From Eledone cirrhosa (taxonomy: Eukaryota): a stretch of 64,000 nt of DNA. Under the pieces are notes generated by a model. It saw only the letters and a list, made by a program, of their open reading frames with translations, did no database searches and was not told the origin of the DNA. Position numbers and translations under genes: made by a program. Shown piece after piece: positions 33,891 through 46,434 of the stretch. Every line of letters starts with the position of its first letter. The first letter of the stretch is position 1. The stretch covers positions 51,460,001-51,524,000 of the forward strand of contig OZ024741.1 in NCBI GenBank assembly GCA_964016885.1, written 5' to 3'.

Positions 33891-34129
33891 TAACTTTCTT
33901 ATTAAATTGATGCTTGGAGCATAACTTAACAAAGGTTCTTACATAAAATTATAGTGGAAGTTTTTTTTTTAGATAAATATAAACACCTCAATATAAATAA
34001 TTTTGTATCCTTGAACCAAGGTCAGTTTCAGGTTCTATATTTTATGTCTAAATTAATGTTGATTATTCCAAGATAAGTTTGACCACCTGAGATGGTAGAA
34101 TTATTGTCTTTGTTTTATTACAATTACAG

Positions 34130-34168
34130 ATTATCTGTTCTGAATGTGGTAACATAAGCGAACGACAG
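34130..34168 (+). CDS. USP40: USP40-like exon 4: IICSECGNISERQ
   Basis: ttacAG acceptor, CAG|GTGAGT donor, 39 nt. First CxxC of the USP fingers subdomain. Confidence 0.93.
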
Positions 34169-34224
34169 GTGAGTCTGATATTTCTATATCATTGTACATT
34201 GTATCATTTGATAGGATAGATAGT

Positions 34225-35650
34225 GAAGACACTGTACTGCCGACATATGGCTGGTTTCTGTTGATTACATCATACTGAGTCTTCTCTACAACATCCAACT
34301 CTCATATGACTGGTCTCTCTATAACATCGTACTGATAAAGACTGGTCTCTGTTAATGATATCATATGATATCATACTGAGTCTTCTCTATTTATAACACT
34401 CTCCTATCATATGACTAGTCTCTTTTGACAATATCTTACTGATATAAGATTAGTTTTTACAAATGAAATCGTACTGACATGACTGTTCTCTACTTATGAC
34501 ATCACACTGACATATGACTGTTCTGTATTTAAGGACATTATACTGATGCAGAGGGTTCTATAGAAATAGTGGACAGCTTCCGTTACCTGGGTGACAAAAT
34601 CAGCAGTGGGGGAGGGTGCTCTGAAAGTACAGTAGCTAGAGTCAGAACTGGATAGAAAAAGTTCAGAGAGCTTATACCACTATTAGCCGCTAAAGGGTTC
34701 TCCCTAAAAATGAAAGGCAGGCTGTATGATGCCTGCATACGAACAGCAATGTTGCATGGCAGTGAGACCTGGGCATTGTGTGCAGAGGATATACGCAGAC
34801 TAGAGAGGAACGAAGCTTGCATGCTCCGCTGGATGTGTAATAGTAATATAAGCGAACGGCAAAGCATAAATAAGGGAAAAATTAGAAATAAGAGGGATCA
34901 GATGTTGTTTACTCGAGAGAAGGCTACGTTGGTATGGACACGTGATGCGCATGAAAGACGACAGCTGTATAAAAAAGTGCAGGGCAATAAAGATAGACGG
35001 TAGCCACGGAGTAGGCAGACCCAGAAAAACCTGGGACGACCTGATAAATTCCGACCTCACACACTTACACCTCTCCAAGACAATGTCACTGGACCGAGAT
35101 CTTTGGCGGTACTCAGTAATAGAGAAGACCCGCCTTACTTAAATACAAAGTAAAACCTACTACAGTCAGTAGGCATCTCTAACAAAATACCCCCCCCCCC
35201 CCATCCACACCGCCCCTTTCAATGTAAAGTTATGTTGGTGCCACAACATCCAGGCCGAAACAAATGAGATCGTGTAGGTGTCACGACAAAAAAACACACA
35301 GTGCACGCTGTAATGTGGCCGTGTAGGCAACACGGTAAAAACCTCCCAGACCCACACTGTAAATGTGGTTGGTGTTAGGAAGGGCATCCAACTGTAGAAA
35401 ACCCACCAGACAGTCCTATGCGAGCAAGACAACCACTCTTGCCTCAAGTGGGAAAACTCCCGTCCAAACCCATGCAAGCGTGGAAGATGGACGTTAAACG
35501 ATGATGATGATGATGATGATGAAGACTGTTCTCAACATATGACATCATATTGGCATAAGACTGTTCTCTATTGATTACATCATACTGACAAAAGACAGTT
35601 TTCCATTAATGATATCATTCTGACATATGACATTTCTCTGTTTATGACTT
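34225..35650. repeat. Degenerate ~35-bp tandem repeat (ATCATACTGACATATGACTGTTCTCT...) split by a LINE insertion at 34547-35521
   Basis: CATACTGA and GACTG(G)TTCTCT motifs recur at 34225-34545 and resume at 35522-35650. Confidence 0.75.
34547..35521 (+). mobile_element. 5'-truncated, decayed RTE-like LINE: ORF C-terminus, ~370-bp 3' UTR and (GAT)n tail
   Basis: Peptides VDSFRYLG, KGRLYDACIRTAMLHGSETW and GRPRKTW are homologous to 58284-59488, with an in-frame stop and a frameshift. Ends GGACGTTAAAC(GAT)n. Confidence 0.9.
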
Positions 35651-35719
35651 TTGCAAGTGTCTTTTCCATGAACACACATCTGTTAACACATACTTTCCAC
35701 TAACAGGTATCTTTAATAA

Positions 35720-36062
35720 CTATCTCTCTGTCAATGCCACTGCCAAAACCACCACCACTACCACTTTATCATCATTATCATCTCTCTATCAATGACACCA
35801 CCACTACCATCTTAACATCTTTGTCAATGACACCACCATCACCACTATCAACTTTAACATCTCTCTAAAAAGGACACCACCACCACTATCACTTATAACA
35901 TCTCTCTGTCAATGCTATCCTCACCACCATCATTACCATCTATATCAATGACACCACCCACACCACCACCTTAATATCTCTATCAATGACACCACAACCA
36001 TCTCTGTCAATGCCATCACCATCATTACTATCTCTTTCAATGCCACCACTACTACTATTACT
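35720..36062. repeat. Degenerate CCA-rich tandem repeat (TCTCTGTCAATGACACCACCAC...) just upstream of exon 5
   Basis: TCAATG(A/C)CACC motif recurs about every 35-45 bp. Confidence 0.7.
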
Positions 36063-36122
36063 ATATTGAATGTGTTATATGATTCTTCATTAGAATTCTC
36101 CGTGTCTTGTTATTGTTCTCAG

Positions 36123-36272
36123 GAAGACTTTGTAGATATTCCACTGAGTGTTTCCAAAGAATCGTGCAGTCTTGAACAAGCCCTTGCAATGTTGTACTGT
36201 GAGATGGAGACAATGGATGGTAACAACAAATATTACTGTAACCCCTGTCAGAAATTGGTAATTGCTACAAAA
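36123..36272 (+). CDS. USP40: USP40-like exon 5: EDFVDIPLSVSKESCSLEQALAMLYCEMETMDGNNKYYCNPCQKLVIATK
   Basis: ttctcAG acceptor, AAA|GTAAGT donor, 150 nt. EDFxD motif and N.Y.CxxC second zinc-ligand pair. Confidence 0.95.
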
Positions 36273-36540
36273 GTAAGTTACAGGAATCAGCTCATACTTT
36301 TCCTCATATTTTTTCTCTTCTTTCTTTATTATTGGCTATTTCCTCAGAGATAGAATAGTTCAGTTATTTTTATAGTTGTTTATAAACCTATTCTGGAGAG
36401 GGATGGGCACCGCCAGGCTTAAAGTCCCCAGAAACGCTGTATGCTACTACGGTGCCCCTATGACGCTATAAGGAGTTACGGGGCCATGCATATAAACCTA
36501 CTATTAGCAAGTAAATCAGATAAATCAATTTGTATATATA

Positions 36541-36767
36541 TGTAGATCACGCCATCTAGCGTCGACTGTGAAGGCAGTCGATTAACTGCCCTTAGTTATG
36601 ACGTCACGTTCTGACATCAGTAGCTGAAACAATATTTATTAAACGATGATCTCCTTGGAGTAAACAGACGTGCTAATCCCCGTGCAGTTTTCCACGCAGC
36701 GACATCACACCATGCGGTCGTGGCATAATACGATAATGAACCACTGCCCAACCTTGGTGACCCTAAA
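36541..36767 (+). repeat. 5' LTR of the Gypsy element
   Basis: Starts TGTAG; first ~110 bp are nearly identical to 40783 onward; followed by the PBS. 3' boundary is approximate. Confidence 0.8.
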
Positions 36768-36768
36768 G

Positions 36769-36784
36769 TGGTGACCCTTGACGA
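36769..36784 (+). promoter_or_regulatory. Primer-binding site, tRNA-Trp-like (TGGTGACCCTTGACG)
   Basis: Close to the known tRNA-Trp PBS TGGTGACCCCGACG and lies immediately after the LTR. Confidence 0.7.
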
Positions 36785-37105
36785 TTAAATATGAAAACAC
36801 AGCCTGCTTAATTTCACCATTCGTTTTAAATTGAAAATTGTTCGTCTTACACAAAAAAGAAAAAAAAAATTTTTTTCATAAAATGGCTGACTGGCCAGGT
36901 AACATTCCCGCACATTATCTTTCTTCTTCAAATGCAGCCATCTGATTGGCTTAGCCTCGTCACGCGACCATATCCTTGTTTTGGAAAAGAAATGCGACGC
37001 CATCTTGTTTCATAATGACTATCTCGAATCACAGATACCACCAATTGTGCTGTTTTCTCGTCGTTTTGAACATTATTTACTTTTATTCGTCCTTGTGGAA
37101 ATAGA

Positions 37106-40100
37106 TTGACAATGAATGGTCCTAATTTACCTGCTTCTTCTTCACATTTGAACCAACCCGTCTCGACACGCGAGGATGCTATGTTAAAGGCTATTGACGC
37201 TTTGACGCAGCAAGTCGCTCGATTATGTAGGGCGAATAGGCCGTATTCCCGGCGGCCTAGGAGTCATTCACGTTCTTTCGCGACTCCACGTCGGCGTACT
37301 ACTTTGCCCGCCAGCAATCCATTATTTTGCTGGTATCATGCCACCTTCGCGGATAAGGCAAAACATTGCCGGCCTCCATGTAAATATTCAGCTTCAGGAA
37401 ATGTAGATCAGAGTCACTAAAGGCGGCAAATGAACTCTGCGAGACACAACAGAACAGCCATTTATTCATAGAGGATCTCCTGTCTGGAAGAGCCCTCCTC
37501 GTAGACACAGGAGCTTCGTGCAGTATTTGGCCTGTCAATTGTATGACAGTAACTCCTCCTGAGTCATCAATGAATCTACAAGCTGTCAATCATTCGCCGA
37601 TACGGACTTTTGGACAAATCTCGCTTCCTCTGCAATTCTGAAATCTTCGACGAGAATTCGAATGGATTTTTACGGTTGCTGACCTACCATATCCGATCTT
37701 GGGAGCGGATTTTCTACACCATTTTGCATTGACCGTGGACGTCCGTGGCCGACGCCTAGTAGACGACATTACTGGTTTTTCTCTTCATGGCCAGAAAGCT
37801 AATTTTCCAACCTTTTTCATTGCTAATGCTGGGAATCCCTATCATGCATTGTTGAATTCTTTCCCACAGCTTACTCAGGGAAATTTTCGAGTTGTCAAAC
37901 CGACTCACACAACGGAGCATTTTATCTCTACAACTGGTGCCCCAGTGTTCTCATGTCCTCGTCGCTTGCCTGCGGACAAATTGAAGACAGCACGGTTCGA
38001 GTTCGACCACATGCTGCAGCTAGGCACAATTCGCCCTTCTACGAGCCTTGGGCTTCTCCGTTGCACATGGTACCCAAGACTTCTGGCGACTGGAGACCCA
38101 CTGGGGATTATAGGAAGTTAAGTGCTATAACTGTCTCGGATAGATATCCTATTCCACACCTGCAAGATTTTGCATCGTCATTGCAGGGATGTAAAATATT
38201 CTCGAAGCTCGATTTGGTGCGAGCCTATCATCAGATTGCTGTCAAGAAAGAAGATATTCCGAAAACGGCCATTACGACTCCATTTGGATCATTCAAATTT
38301 CTTATCATGCCTTTCGGACTTAAGAATGCTGCTAGCACCTTTCAACGGTTCATGGATGAGGTCACTCGTGGTTTAGACTTCGTCTACACTTATATTGATG
38401 ATCTGCTTATTGCTAGTTCCTCCAGAGAAGAACACATACGTCATTTGAATCTTTTGTTTTGTCGACTCAAGGATTACAGTGTTCAAATAAATACCACAAA
38501 ATGTGTTTTCGGTGCGGAATCGCTGAATTTTTTAGGTCATGTCATTGACTCCGAGGGTATTCGACCCCTCCCTCAGCAAGTTCAGGCTATAGAGGATTTG
38601 CCTCCGCCGACCTCACTTCGTCAGTTGCGACAATTCCTAGGACTGATAAATTTCTATAGACGTTTTGTTCCGCATTGTGCTAATCTACTCTTATCTCTTA
38701 CTGAGATTCTGAAAAATTGCCGCAAGAAAAATAAGGACATCTCTTTGACTCAGATTCAGCTCGAGGATTTTCAAAAGGCCAAATCAGCATTGGCTAGTGC
38801 ATCTTTGCTGGCCCACCCAGTGTCCAATGCCAAGCTTTCGCTTTGTGTTGATGTGTCGGATACTGCAGTGGGTACAATCTTACAACAGAGTAGTGACGAT
38901 CACCAACAACCATTTGAATTTTTCTCCAGGAAGTTGTAGCCAGCAGAAACTCGCTACAGCGCCTTTGGCCGGGAGCTGTTAGCCATCTACCTTTCTGTGA
39001 AACATTTTTCACATATGCTCGAAGGAAGGTGTTTTACAATCTATACTGACCATAAACCTTTGCCCTTCGCTTTAAGGGCAAAGTCCGACAAGTACTCGCC
39101 CAGAGAAACAAGGCATCTCGACTTTATCTCGCAATTCACAAGCGACATCCAACACATTCCAGGCTCATTGCCGATCAGTTCAATTGCGTCATCCCACGAC
39201 ATCGATTTAAATCACTTGGCAGCAGACCAACCTGCACTGGAATCGTTGGATATTACATCAGCCGGATTTGCGACGAGTAATTTGAAATACCTGCCATTGC
39301 CCACCGCAGACGGACAGATTCTCTGCAATGTTTCCGTGGATTCACCGAGACCATTCGTCCCACTAAACCATCGTTGTACTGTGTTTCTTGCTTTACACAG
39401 CATTTCCCACTCAGGATCTTCTGCCACAGTAAAGCTCATAACAGCCAGATTCTTCTGGCCAAATATGAGGCGCGATATTACTGCTTGGTGCCGTTCCTGC
39501 ATTGCTTGCCAGAAATCGAAAATCCATAAACACGTTAAGGCTCCGCTCGGTACTTTCAGTACACCGGACGCCCGTTTCCGGCACATTCATGTGGACATCG
39601 TTGGACCTTGGCCAGTCAGTGGTGGTCATACTTATCTATTGACTGTTATTGATCGTTTTTCGCGATGGCCTGAAGCCATCCCCTTGAAAGACATCACTGC
39701 TGAAACGACAGCGCGTGCCCTAGTATCAGGATGGATTGCCCGCTTTGGAGTGCCAACCACGATTACAACGGACCGTGGAAGACAGTTTGAATCGAATCTC
39801 TTCGATAAATTAATGAAAAACATCGGCGCTAAACGCATCCGAACGACTGCATATCATCCTGCCTCTAATGGAATGATGGAGCATTTCCACCGACAACTAA
39901 AAGCCGCTCTACGGACTTCTTACTCTACGCGTTGGAGCGTGTACCTCCCTATTGTGTTGTTGGGGATTCGGTCATCAATAAAGGAGGACCTTGGGTTCTC
40001 CCCGGCCGAATTATTGTATGGTGCTCCTCTAGCATTGCCTGGGCAAATGCTTGCCCCTGTCGATCTTGCTGCACAAGATCCGCTTTCCTACGTATCCCGT

Positions 40101-40350
40101 CTGTGTTCTTATTTTCAGGACCTGCCGCCGATGGATGCGAGGAAACAAACTGTAAAATCTGCAGTCCCGAGGGATATTGCCTAGTGGACACATGTGTTTG
40201 TAAGAAATGATGCTGTGAGACCACCTCTCACACAACCGTACTCTGGACCCTATCGTGTGTTGGCTCGTTCTGATAAACATTTCACTGTAGACATTAAGGG
40301 GTCCAGAGAGACCATTGCGGTTGATAGACTTAAACGGGCCCACACAGATG
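37106..40350 (+). pseudogene. Disrupted gag C-terminus and pol of the Gypsy element
   Basis: Split over ORFs 37106-37420, 37699-38121, 37953-38939, 38997-40184 and 40194-40544 by stops (~37640, 38937, 40182) and a frameshift near 38045. Confidence 0.9.
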
Positions 40351-40782
40351 CTCACACACCTGAGCCACATACACCCCCATCTTTCTCTTTTGCACACACA
40401 CCTGTTTCTTTGCCCCCCCCCCCCCCCCCCAATCACCTAGATATAAGACTACAACCTGTTCCGGTCGGAGGGTTCATTGACCCCAAAAACTGTGTATCAC
40501 GGTATATTATTAAACTGCTATTGTGCGGTGCTTTAATCCTGTAGTGACTTTTGGAACTTTTAGGAAATTGTATTTACATTTTATTACATTTGTTTTTTCC
40601 TTTCATGTTCTTGCATGCTTTTTTAATATGTATTTTTGAAATTTGTTGTGCCCTTCATGCTAGGTTGGGCTGATTGCTCCTTGGTTTGGGATTTTTGCTG
40701 GTTGCTAATCAGTTTTTCTACATACATGATTCGATGAACCGATTTTTATTTAATTTTCTAAAAATCTGGTGGGAGGAGGCCA

Positions 40783-40992
40783 TGTAGAAGATTACGCCAT
40801 CTAGCGTCGACTGTGAAGGCAGTCGATTAACTGCCCTTAGTTCTGACGTCAGTAGCTGAAACAATATTTATTAAACGATGATCTCCTCGAAAAAAATAGA
40901 CATGTTATCTACATGCAGTGATCCAAAGGATGACATCACACCATGCGGCAGTATATGACGACTTAAATATATCCCAACCTAGGAGCACTAAG
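40783..40992 (+). repeat. 3' LTR of the Gypsy element, preceded by polypurine tract GGTGGGAGGAGG (40768-40779)
   Basis: Starts TGTAG just after the PPT and is homologous to 36541-36767. Confidence 0.8.
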
Positions 40993-41135
40993 GTATTTGT
41001 ATATTTTCTGTAATTGCTCCTATATAAAATATGTTTTTATAACATAAAATTGAGGTATGTTCCTTATTCCTTCTTTGACTATGTGCCAGTAAACAATATC
41101 CAATTAGACGGGATGACTGATGACCTTTGTCCACC

Positions 41136-41138
<3 letters not shown>

Positions 41139-41209
<71 letters not shown>
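41139..41209. repeat. (TA)n microsatellite
   Basis: Read directly. Confidence 0.98.
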
Positions 41210-41211
<2 letters not shown>

Positions 41212-41364
41212 ACATTCTTGACAGCTTGTTCAATTAATATATTGGTGTGTTAAGTGTTGGCTAAAATCTGTAGATATCTGTAGATATATTCTGTAGAATA
41301 GTATAGCATTAAAACAAAACACTGTTAACATACTAGTAATTTATTAATCAAACTAGCTGCTGGG

Positions 41365-41766
41365 TAATGACCGAAAGAATATGATCGCGAATACAAGCGG
41401 CCAAAATGGGTTTCCTCCTCATTGGAGTAGTGTTACTCGATAGAGTGCATAGCTCAGAGATCAGAGAGTCACTCAGGTAGAGCTGTTATTTTACCGAATT
41501 GAGAGATTACAGCTACAATACTATGAGCATGTGGTTAGTATGTCTCAAGAAATTGGACAGATTTTACGGGCAAAACCATCCGACAGGAGACCCAGAGATA
41601 GACCATGAGTAAGATGGTTGGATAACACCCATGAGCTTGGCTGGTCATGCTTGAGGATCCAGCTGAATCTGTTGGAGATGGTTGCTTCTAACAGAACCTG
41701 CTGGAAAGAGTGTTTGAGGACTCAGTCCCACGACCTTCTCAATAATAACTGGGTGAAGAAGAAGAA
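41365..41766 (+). mobile_element. Decayed 3' fragment of an RTE-like LINE with a (GAA)n tail
   Basis: Translates to VMTERI*SRIQAAKMGFL and ERLQLQYYEHVVSM; ends GAAGAAGAAGAA. Confidence 0.7.
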
Positions 41767-42043
41767 CTAACTGCCAAGAATACAGTATGTATGCAAATCT
41801 ATCCAGTATACTTCAATCCTTAGTAATAGTGGGTTTTTAGCAGTATCTCTGTGGATAGTTAAAGAGGATACTTGGTTATTGATGAAATCCTAACACAGGA
41901 TTGAAACTAGTCCAGCTGATCCCTCTTTTATTGTAAGATATTGTATATAAAGACAAGGTGCTTACATCTGTATTATATATAGTGTTGGCTAAACACTATA
42001 GCTCTCAATCTAGTGTAACCTGTTTATTTGTTCAGTCTGGCAT

Positions 42044-43482
42044 CAACATCCAACCACCCTCCTCCACAACTACATCCAGCCACCCTCCTCCACAACAACA
42101 TCCAGCCACCCTCCTCCACAACTACATCCAGCCACCCTCCTCCACAATTACATCCAGCCACCCTCCTCCACAACTACATCCAGCCACCCTCCTCCACAAC
42201 TACATCCAGCCACCCTCCTCCACAACTACATCCAGCCACCCTCCTCCACAACAACATCCAGCCACCCTCCTCCACAACAACATCCAGCCACCCTCCTCCA
42301 CAACAACATCCAGCCACCCTCCTCCACAACTACATCCAGCCACCCTCCTCCACAACAACATCCAGCCACCCTCCTCCACAACAACATCCAGCCACCCTCC
42401 TCCACAACTACACCCAGCCACCCTCCTCCACAACAACATCCAGCCACCCTCCTCCACAACAACATCCAGCCACCCTCCTCCACAACTACATCCAGCCACC
42501 CTCCTCCACAACTACATCCAGCCACCCTCCTCCACAACTACATCCAGCCACCCTCCTCCACAACAACATCCAGCCACCCTCCTCCACAACAACATCCAGC
42601 CACCCTCCTCCACAACTACACCCAGCCACCCTCCTCCACAACAACATCCAGCCACCCTCCTCCACAACAACATCCAGCCACCCTCCTCAACAACTACATC
42701 CAGCCACCCTCCTCCACAACAACATCCAGCCACCCTCCTCAACAACTACATCATGCCGCCCCACTCCACAACTACATCCAGCCACCCTCCTCAACAACTA
42801 CATCCAGCTACCTTCCTCGACAACTACATCCAGCCACCCTTCTCAACAAGTGCATCCAGCCACCCTCCTCAACAACTACATCATGCCGCCCCACTCCTCA
42901 ACAACTACATCATGCCGCCCCACTCCACAACTACATCCAGCCACCTTCCTCGACAACTACATCCAGCCACCTTCCTCGACAACTACATCCAGCCACCCTT
43001 CTCAACAAGTGCATCCAGCCACCCTCCTCCACAACAACATCCAGCCACCTTCCTCGACAACTACATCCAGCCACCTTCCTCGACAACTACATCCAGCCAC
43101 CCTTCTCAACAAGTGCATCCAGCCACCCTCCTCCACAACTACATCCAGCCACCTTCCTCGACAACTACATCCAGCCACCTTCCTCGACAACTACATCCAG
43201 CCACCCTTCTCAACAAGTGCATCCAGCCACCCTCCTCAACAACTACATCATGCCGCCCCACTCCACAACTACATCCAGCCACCCTCCTCAACAAGTACAT
43301 CCAGCCACCCTCCTCAACAAGTACATCCAGCCACCCTCCTCAACAAGTGCATCCAGCCACCCTCCTCCACAACTACATCCAGCCACCCTCCTCAGTGTTA
43401 ACAACTACATCATGCCGCGCCACTCCACAACTACATCCAGTTACCCTCCTCAGTATTAACAACTACATCCAGTCACCCTCTT
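42044..43482. repeat. 26-bp minisatellite CATCCAGCCACCCTCCTCCACAAC(T/A)A, ~55 copies, running into the exon 6 acceptor
   Basis: Homogeneous to ~42740, with variant units after that. The last degenerate unit merges with CTTCTCACTATTTACAG. Confidence 0.97.
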
Positions 43483-43496
43483 CTCACTATTTACAG

Positions 43497-43583
43497 GGTG
43501 CCAAATTACGTTCACTGCCACCCATCATGAGTTTCTCTCTGCTCCGCTTCAGTTATGATTTTGTTAAAATGCAACGCTTTAAG
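43497..43583 (+). CDS. USP40: USP40-like exon 6: GAKLRSLPPIMSFSLLRFSYDFVKMQRFK
   Basis: ttacAG acceptor, AAG|GTGAGA donor, 87 nt. LPP...L.RF.YD USP motif. Confidence 0.95.
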
Positions 43584-43904
43584 GTGAGACCCTTGCTTAT
43601 ATATTATTTACTTTGTTTTATTGGTTTATTTATAAACTTTTCTTGTTTTTATCTTTTTATATATAATTATTTTTAATTGTAATTTTTAAATATCTTTATT
43701 TATGATTTTATCGTGTTAGAGTTTTGTGTTTACTTCTCAGCCATGAGACATTAATACAACAATAATTTCTGGGTTATCAACCTCAACAAATGATGTAGTA
43801 AAAGACAGTTTAGGGTCCAAATTATCCAGAAGCATTGACGTCAATGGAAGGGGCATATTCACCAAACAGAGACAACTGTAGTCTACTGAGTATTCAAAGA
43901 AGGT

Positions 43905-44130
43905 TTTCAAGGCTCAAGAAAACGAGGTAGACTAGCTTGATCCCAACGGACATCCTCCATCCAAGTCCTTTTTGGTCTTCCTGGGCCTCTACTGCCTCCA
44001 AGATCAACATTCATCACTTTTCTTATCCAGCCCTCACTGTGCTCGACATGGCCGTACCATGTCTTGTGTGAAACATCATTGAGATCGTCAATCAACAGTC
44101 TTTTCAGGAGCTCATTTGAGTTGACATTCC
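43905..44130 (-). mobile_element. Old LINE ORF C-terminal fragment (RTE-like)
   Basis: Peptide WYGHVEHSEGWIRK...GSRGPGRPKRTW is typical of the RTE C-terminus. Confidence 0.7.
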
Positions 44131-44564
44131 TATTGTTTTTTTTTCTATTTTTTTTATTAGTTTAACAATCATAAATCCAGTATTTATTTAAAGCCATGTG
44201 CTTTTGAGTTAGGGGTATTTAATTCTAAATTAATGACCCCCCTCCCCCTCCTTATCTACCATAATAGAACTGGACATTGTAATTATAAGTCCAATATTTT
44301 AACTGCTAGGCTATGTGTTTTTGAATTAGGGATCTTTAATTCTAAGTTAATGACAGCAGCCCCTTATCTACCATGAAAACGATGTCTCAAACAGATCTTT
44401 AAAATGGAGTTAATAAATTAAAACAATTTTGTTTTAAAATTTTGTATTTTTTTTGTGATTTTTTGTTTATTTTCTTTGTTTTTGGTTTACATTTTTGTTC
44501 AGTTATATTATTTCACTTCTAATCTGTATTTTTTTCTAAAACCTTTTTATTTTCTCCCATTCAG

Positions 44565-44621
44565 GAAACAGGCAGATTCAGTTTTCCTAAATTCATCGAT
44601 ATGTCAGTTTTTGTTGATTCA
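44565..44621 (+). CDS. USP40: USP40-like exon 7: ETGRFSFPKFIDMSVFVDS
   Basis: Long pyrimidine tract plus ttcAG, TCA|GTAAGT donor, 57 nt. F.FP..IDM USP motif. Confidence 0.93.
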
Positions 44622-44779
44622 GTAAGTACTAGGAGTTGTTCAGTCTGTTGGCTACCACATCTACCCTAACACTAGTCTAAACATCAACATGTACTACATC
44701 TATCTTGATCATTAGTAATACATTAAGTACCACAAACTCTTTAAATACCACAGCTATCCCCAATTTTAAGGCTTTGTGC

Positions 44780-45180
44780 CTAGCATCGGACATGTTTCAC
44801 AGCATAGTTACGGCCCTTTACGTTCTGAGTTCAAATCCCGTCAAGGTTAGCTTTGCTTTTCATCCTTACAGGGTCAATAAAATAAAGTACCAGTAATGCA
44901 TTGGGGTTGATTTAATTGATTTCCTCTCCCCCCAAATTGCTTGCCTTGTTCCTAAATCAGAAACCATTATTATAGGCACAGTTATTTGAATGTTGGACAA
45001 AATACCTTACACTATTTATTCTGACTCTTTGTTTAGAGTTCAAATCCTGTCATGGTCAACTTTACCTCTCATCCTTCAGGGGCCGATAAAATAAAATACT
45101 AATAAAGAACTGGGGTCAATTATATTGCCCCCTCCTCACATAGACTTCCCCACCAAGAAACCTGTCTGGTCTTGTGCTTA
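44780..45180 (+). mobile_element. Two tandem copies of an octopus-type SINE-like repeat
   Basis: Both carry GAGTTCAAATCC..TCA.GGT.A.CTTT.C.T.TCATCCTT..AGGG.C.ATAAAATAAA.TAC...TGGGGT. Confidence 0.7.
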
Positions 45181-45516
45181 ACCCTTTCATATTTACATTA
45201 CTCTATATATACTATTATATTTGCTATTATATTTTCATGATAAAGGCTTTACCTCACATAACATTAAATCTATGAGATTTTGATATTCTTTATTTTGAGA
45301 ACAATACCTTAACATTAGTATGAGTGGCTGGTTACAGCCAGTTTGAACAGAAAGAGCTGATAGAGTTCTGGCTGTATATGGCTGGTTTAAATGTTAAAGG
45401 GTTTACTTAGAAATCATAATTATTTATGTAACTTGTTTTTGTGCTGTTCTTTTCATCTGACGCCCCTCCCTCTGGCAAATAAATGAAACAATAATAATAT
45501 TTTTGTTTGTTTCCAG

Positions 45517-45642
45517 CCATCGCCCGGTGAGAGTTACGAGTATGAATTGTTTTCTTTAGTTATTCATCGAGGCAGCACCCATGGTGGTCACTATCATGCA
45601 TATATCAAAGACATTGATGGACTTGGTATGTGGACAGAAACG
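45517..45642 (+). CDS. USP40: USP40-like exon 8 (His box): PSPGESYEYELFSLVIHRGSTHGGHYHAYIKDIDGLGMWTET
   Basis: ttccAG acceptor, ACG|GTAAGT donor, 126 nt. YELFS.VIH.G...GGHY.AYI catalytic His motif followed by USP40-like KD.D.LG.W. Confidence 0.96.
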
Positions 45643-45694
45643 GTAAGTTCACTGTTATATATGTGTGTGTGTGGCCCACTGTTATATATATATA

Positions 45695-46187
45695 CTAGCC
45701 GAATTACCCATGCCTTGCTGCATTTCACACATATTTTTTTGAAAGAAAATGATGATTGATTTTAAATCAGTGATATAATTTATGCAAAAAAACTCTGCAT
45801 TTCAATATTACTCAATGTAAAATGTAATGCATGAAAAATTGGAAAACATTATTTTTTGTAATATATCAAATCAAAATTACATTATAAAATCTTATTCTTA
45901 TTTTGTTTCTTGTAAATAACTTTTTTCAAAATATCAATTCAAATTTTTTCTGAATAGGCATCATATCTTGTCATTTACCTATGATTTAAATTTCATATAA
46001 ATCGAAGGGAAAAAAATTTCAGCGGGGGGTTTGTGGCCCCGGGGAATCTTTTGATTAAAATGAAATATACTTATCCAGGTACCCTGGGCAATGTAGTTTC
46101 AGAATATATATGGTTATGGGGTCTATCTTCAAAACCATAGGAGGAGTTTGTGAACAAACAAACAGAGAGGAACTACAACTTTATAGA
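45695..46187 (-). mobile_element. Non-autonomous Helitron
   Basis: A|CTAG left end with a degenerate hairpin; right end GGAGGAGTT..GAACAAACAAACAG...TTTATAGA|T; inserted in a (TA)n tract with no TSD. Confidence 0.75.
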
Positions 46188-46401
46188 TGTGTGGTTCACT
46201 GTTATATATATATATATATATGTGTGGTTCACTGTTATATATATATATATGTGTGGTTCACTGTTATATATATATATGTGTGGTTCACTGTTATATATAT
46301 ATATGTGTCGTTCACTGTTATATATATATATGTGTCATTCACTGTTATATATATATATATGTGTCGTTCACTGTTATATATATATATGTGTGGTTCACTG
46401 T

Positions 46402-46434
<33 letters not shown>

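Larger units (their letters stand above)
36541..40992 (+). mobile_element. Decayed Ty3/Gypsy LTR retrotransposon (partial gag, PR-RT-RH-INT)
   Basis: Paired LTRs, PBS and PPT. Gag knuckle CWYH..F...A..C.PPC, protease LVDTGA (~37500), RT YIDD, RNase H YTDHKPL, and integrase HHCC plus VDIVG/TDRG/E. Domain order is that of Gypsy. Confidence 0.95.

Noticed and set aside
36388-36476. CTGGAGA...GAAACGCTGTA hammerhead-like spacing and a GGGCACCG/CGGTGCCC inverted repeat
   Set aside because: The core deviates from CUGANGA, no stem I is evident, and an 8-bp inverted repeat can arise by chance.
41958-43676. 572-aa Pro/His/Ser/Thr-rich ORF ending in USP sequence, as a possible extended exon
   Set aside because: It is 26-bp repeat read-through; a canonical acceptor at 43496 joins exons 5 and 6 in frame without it.
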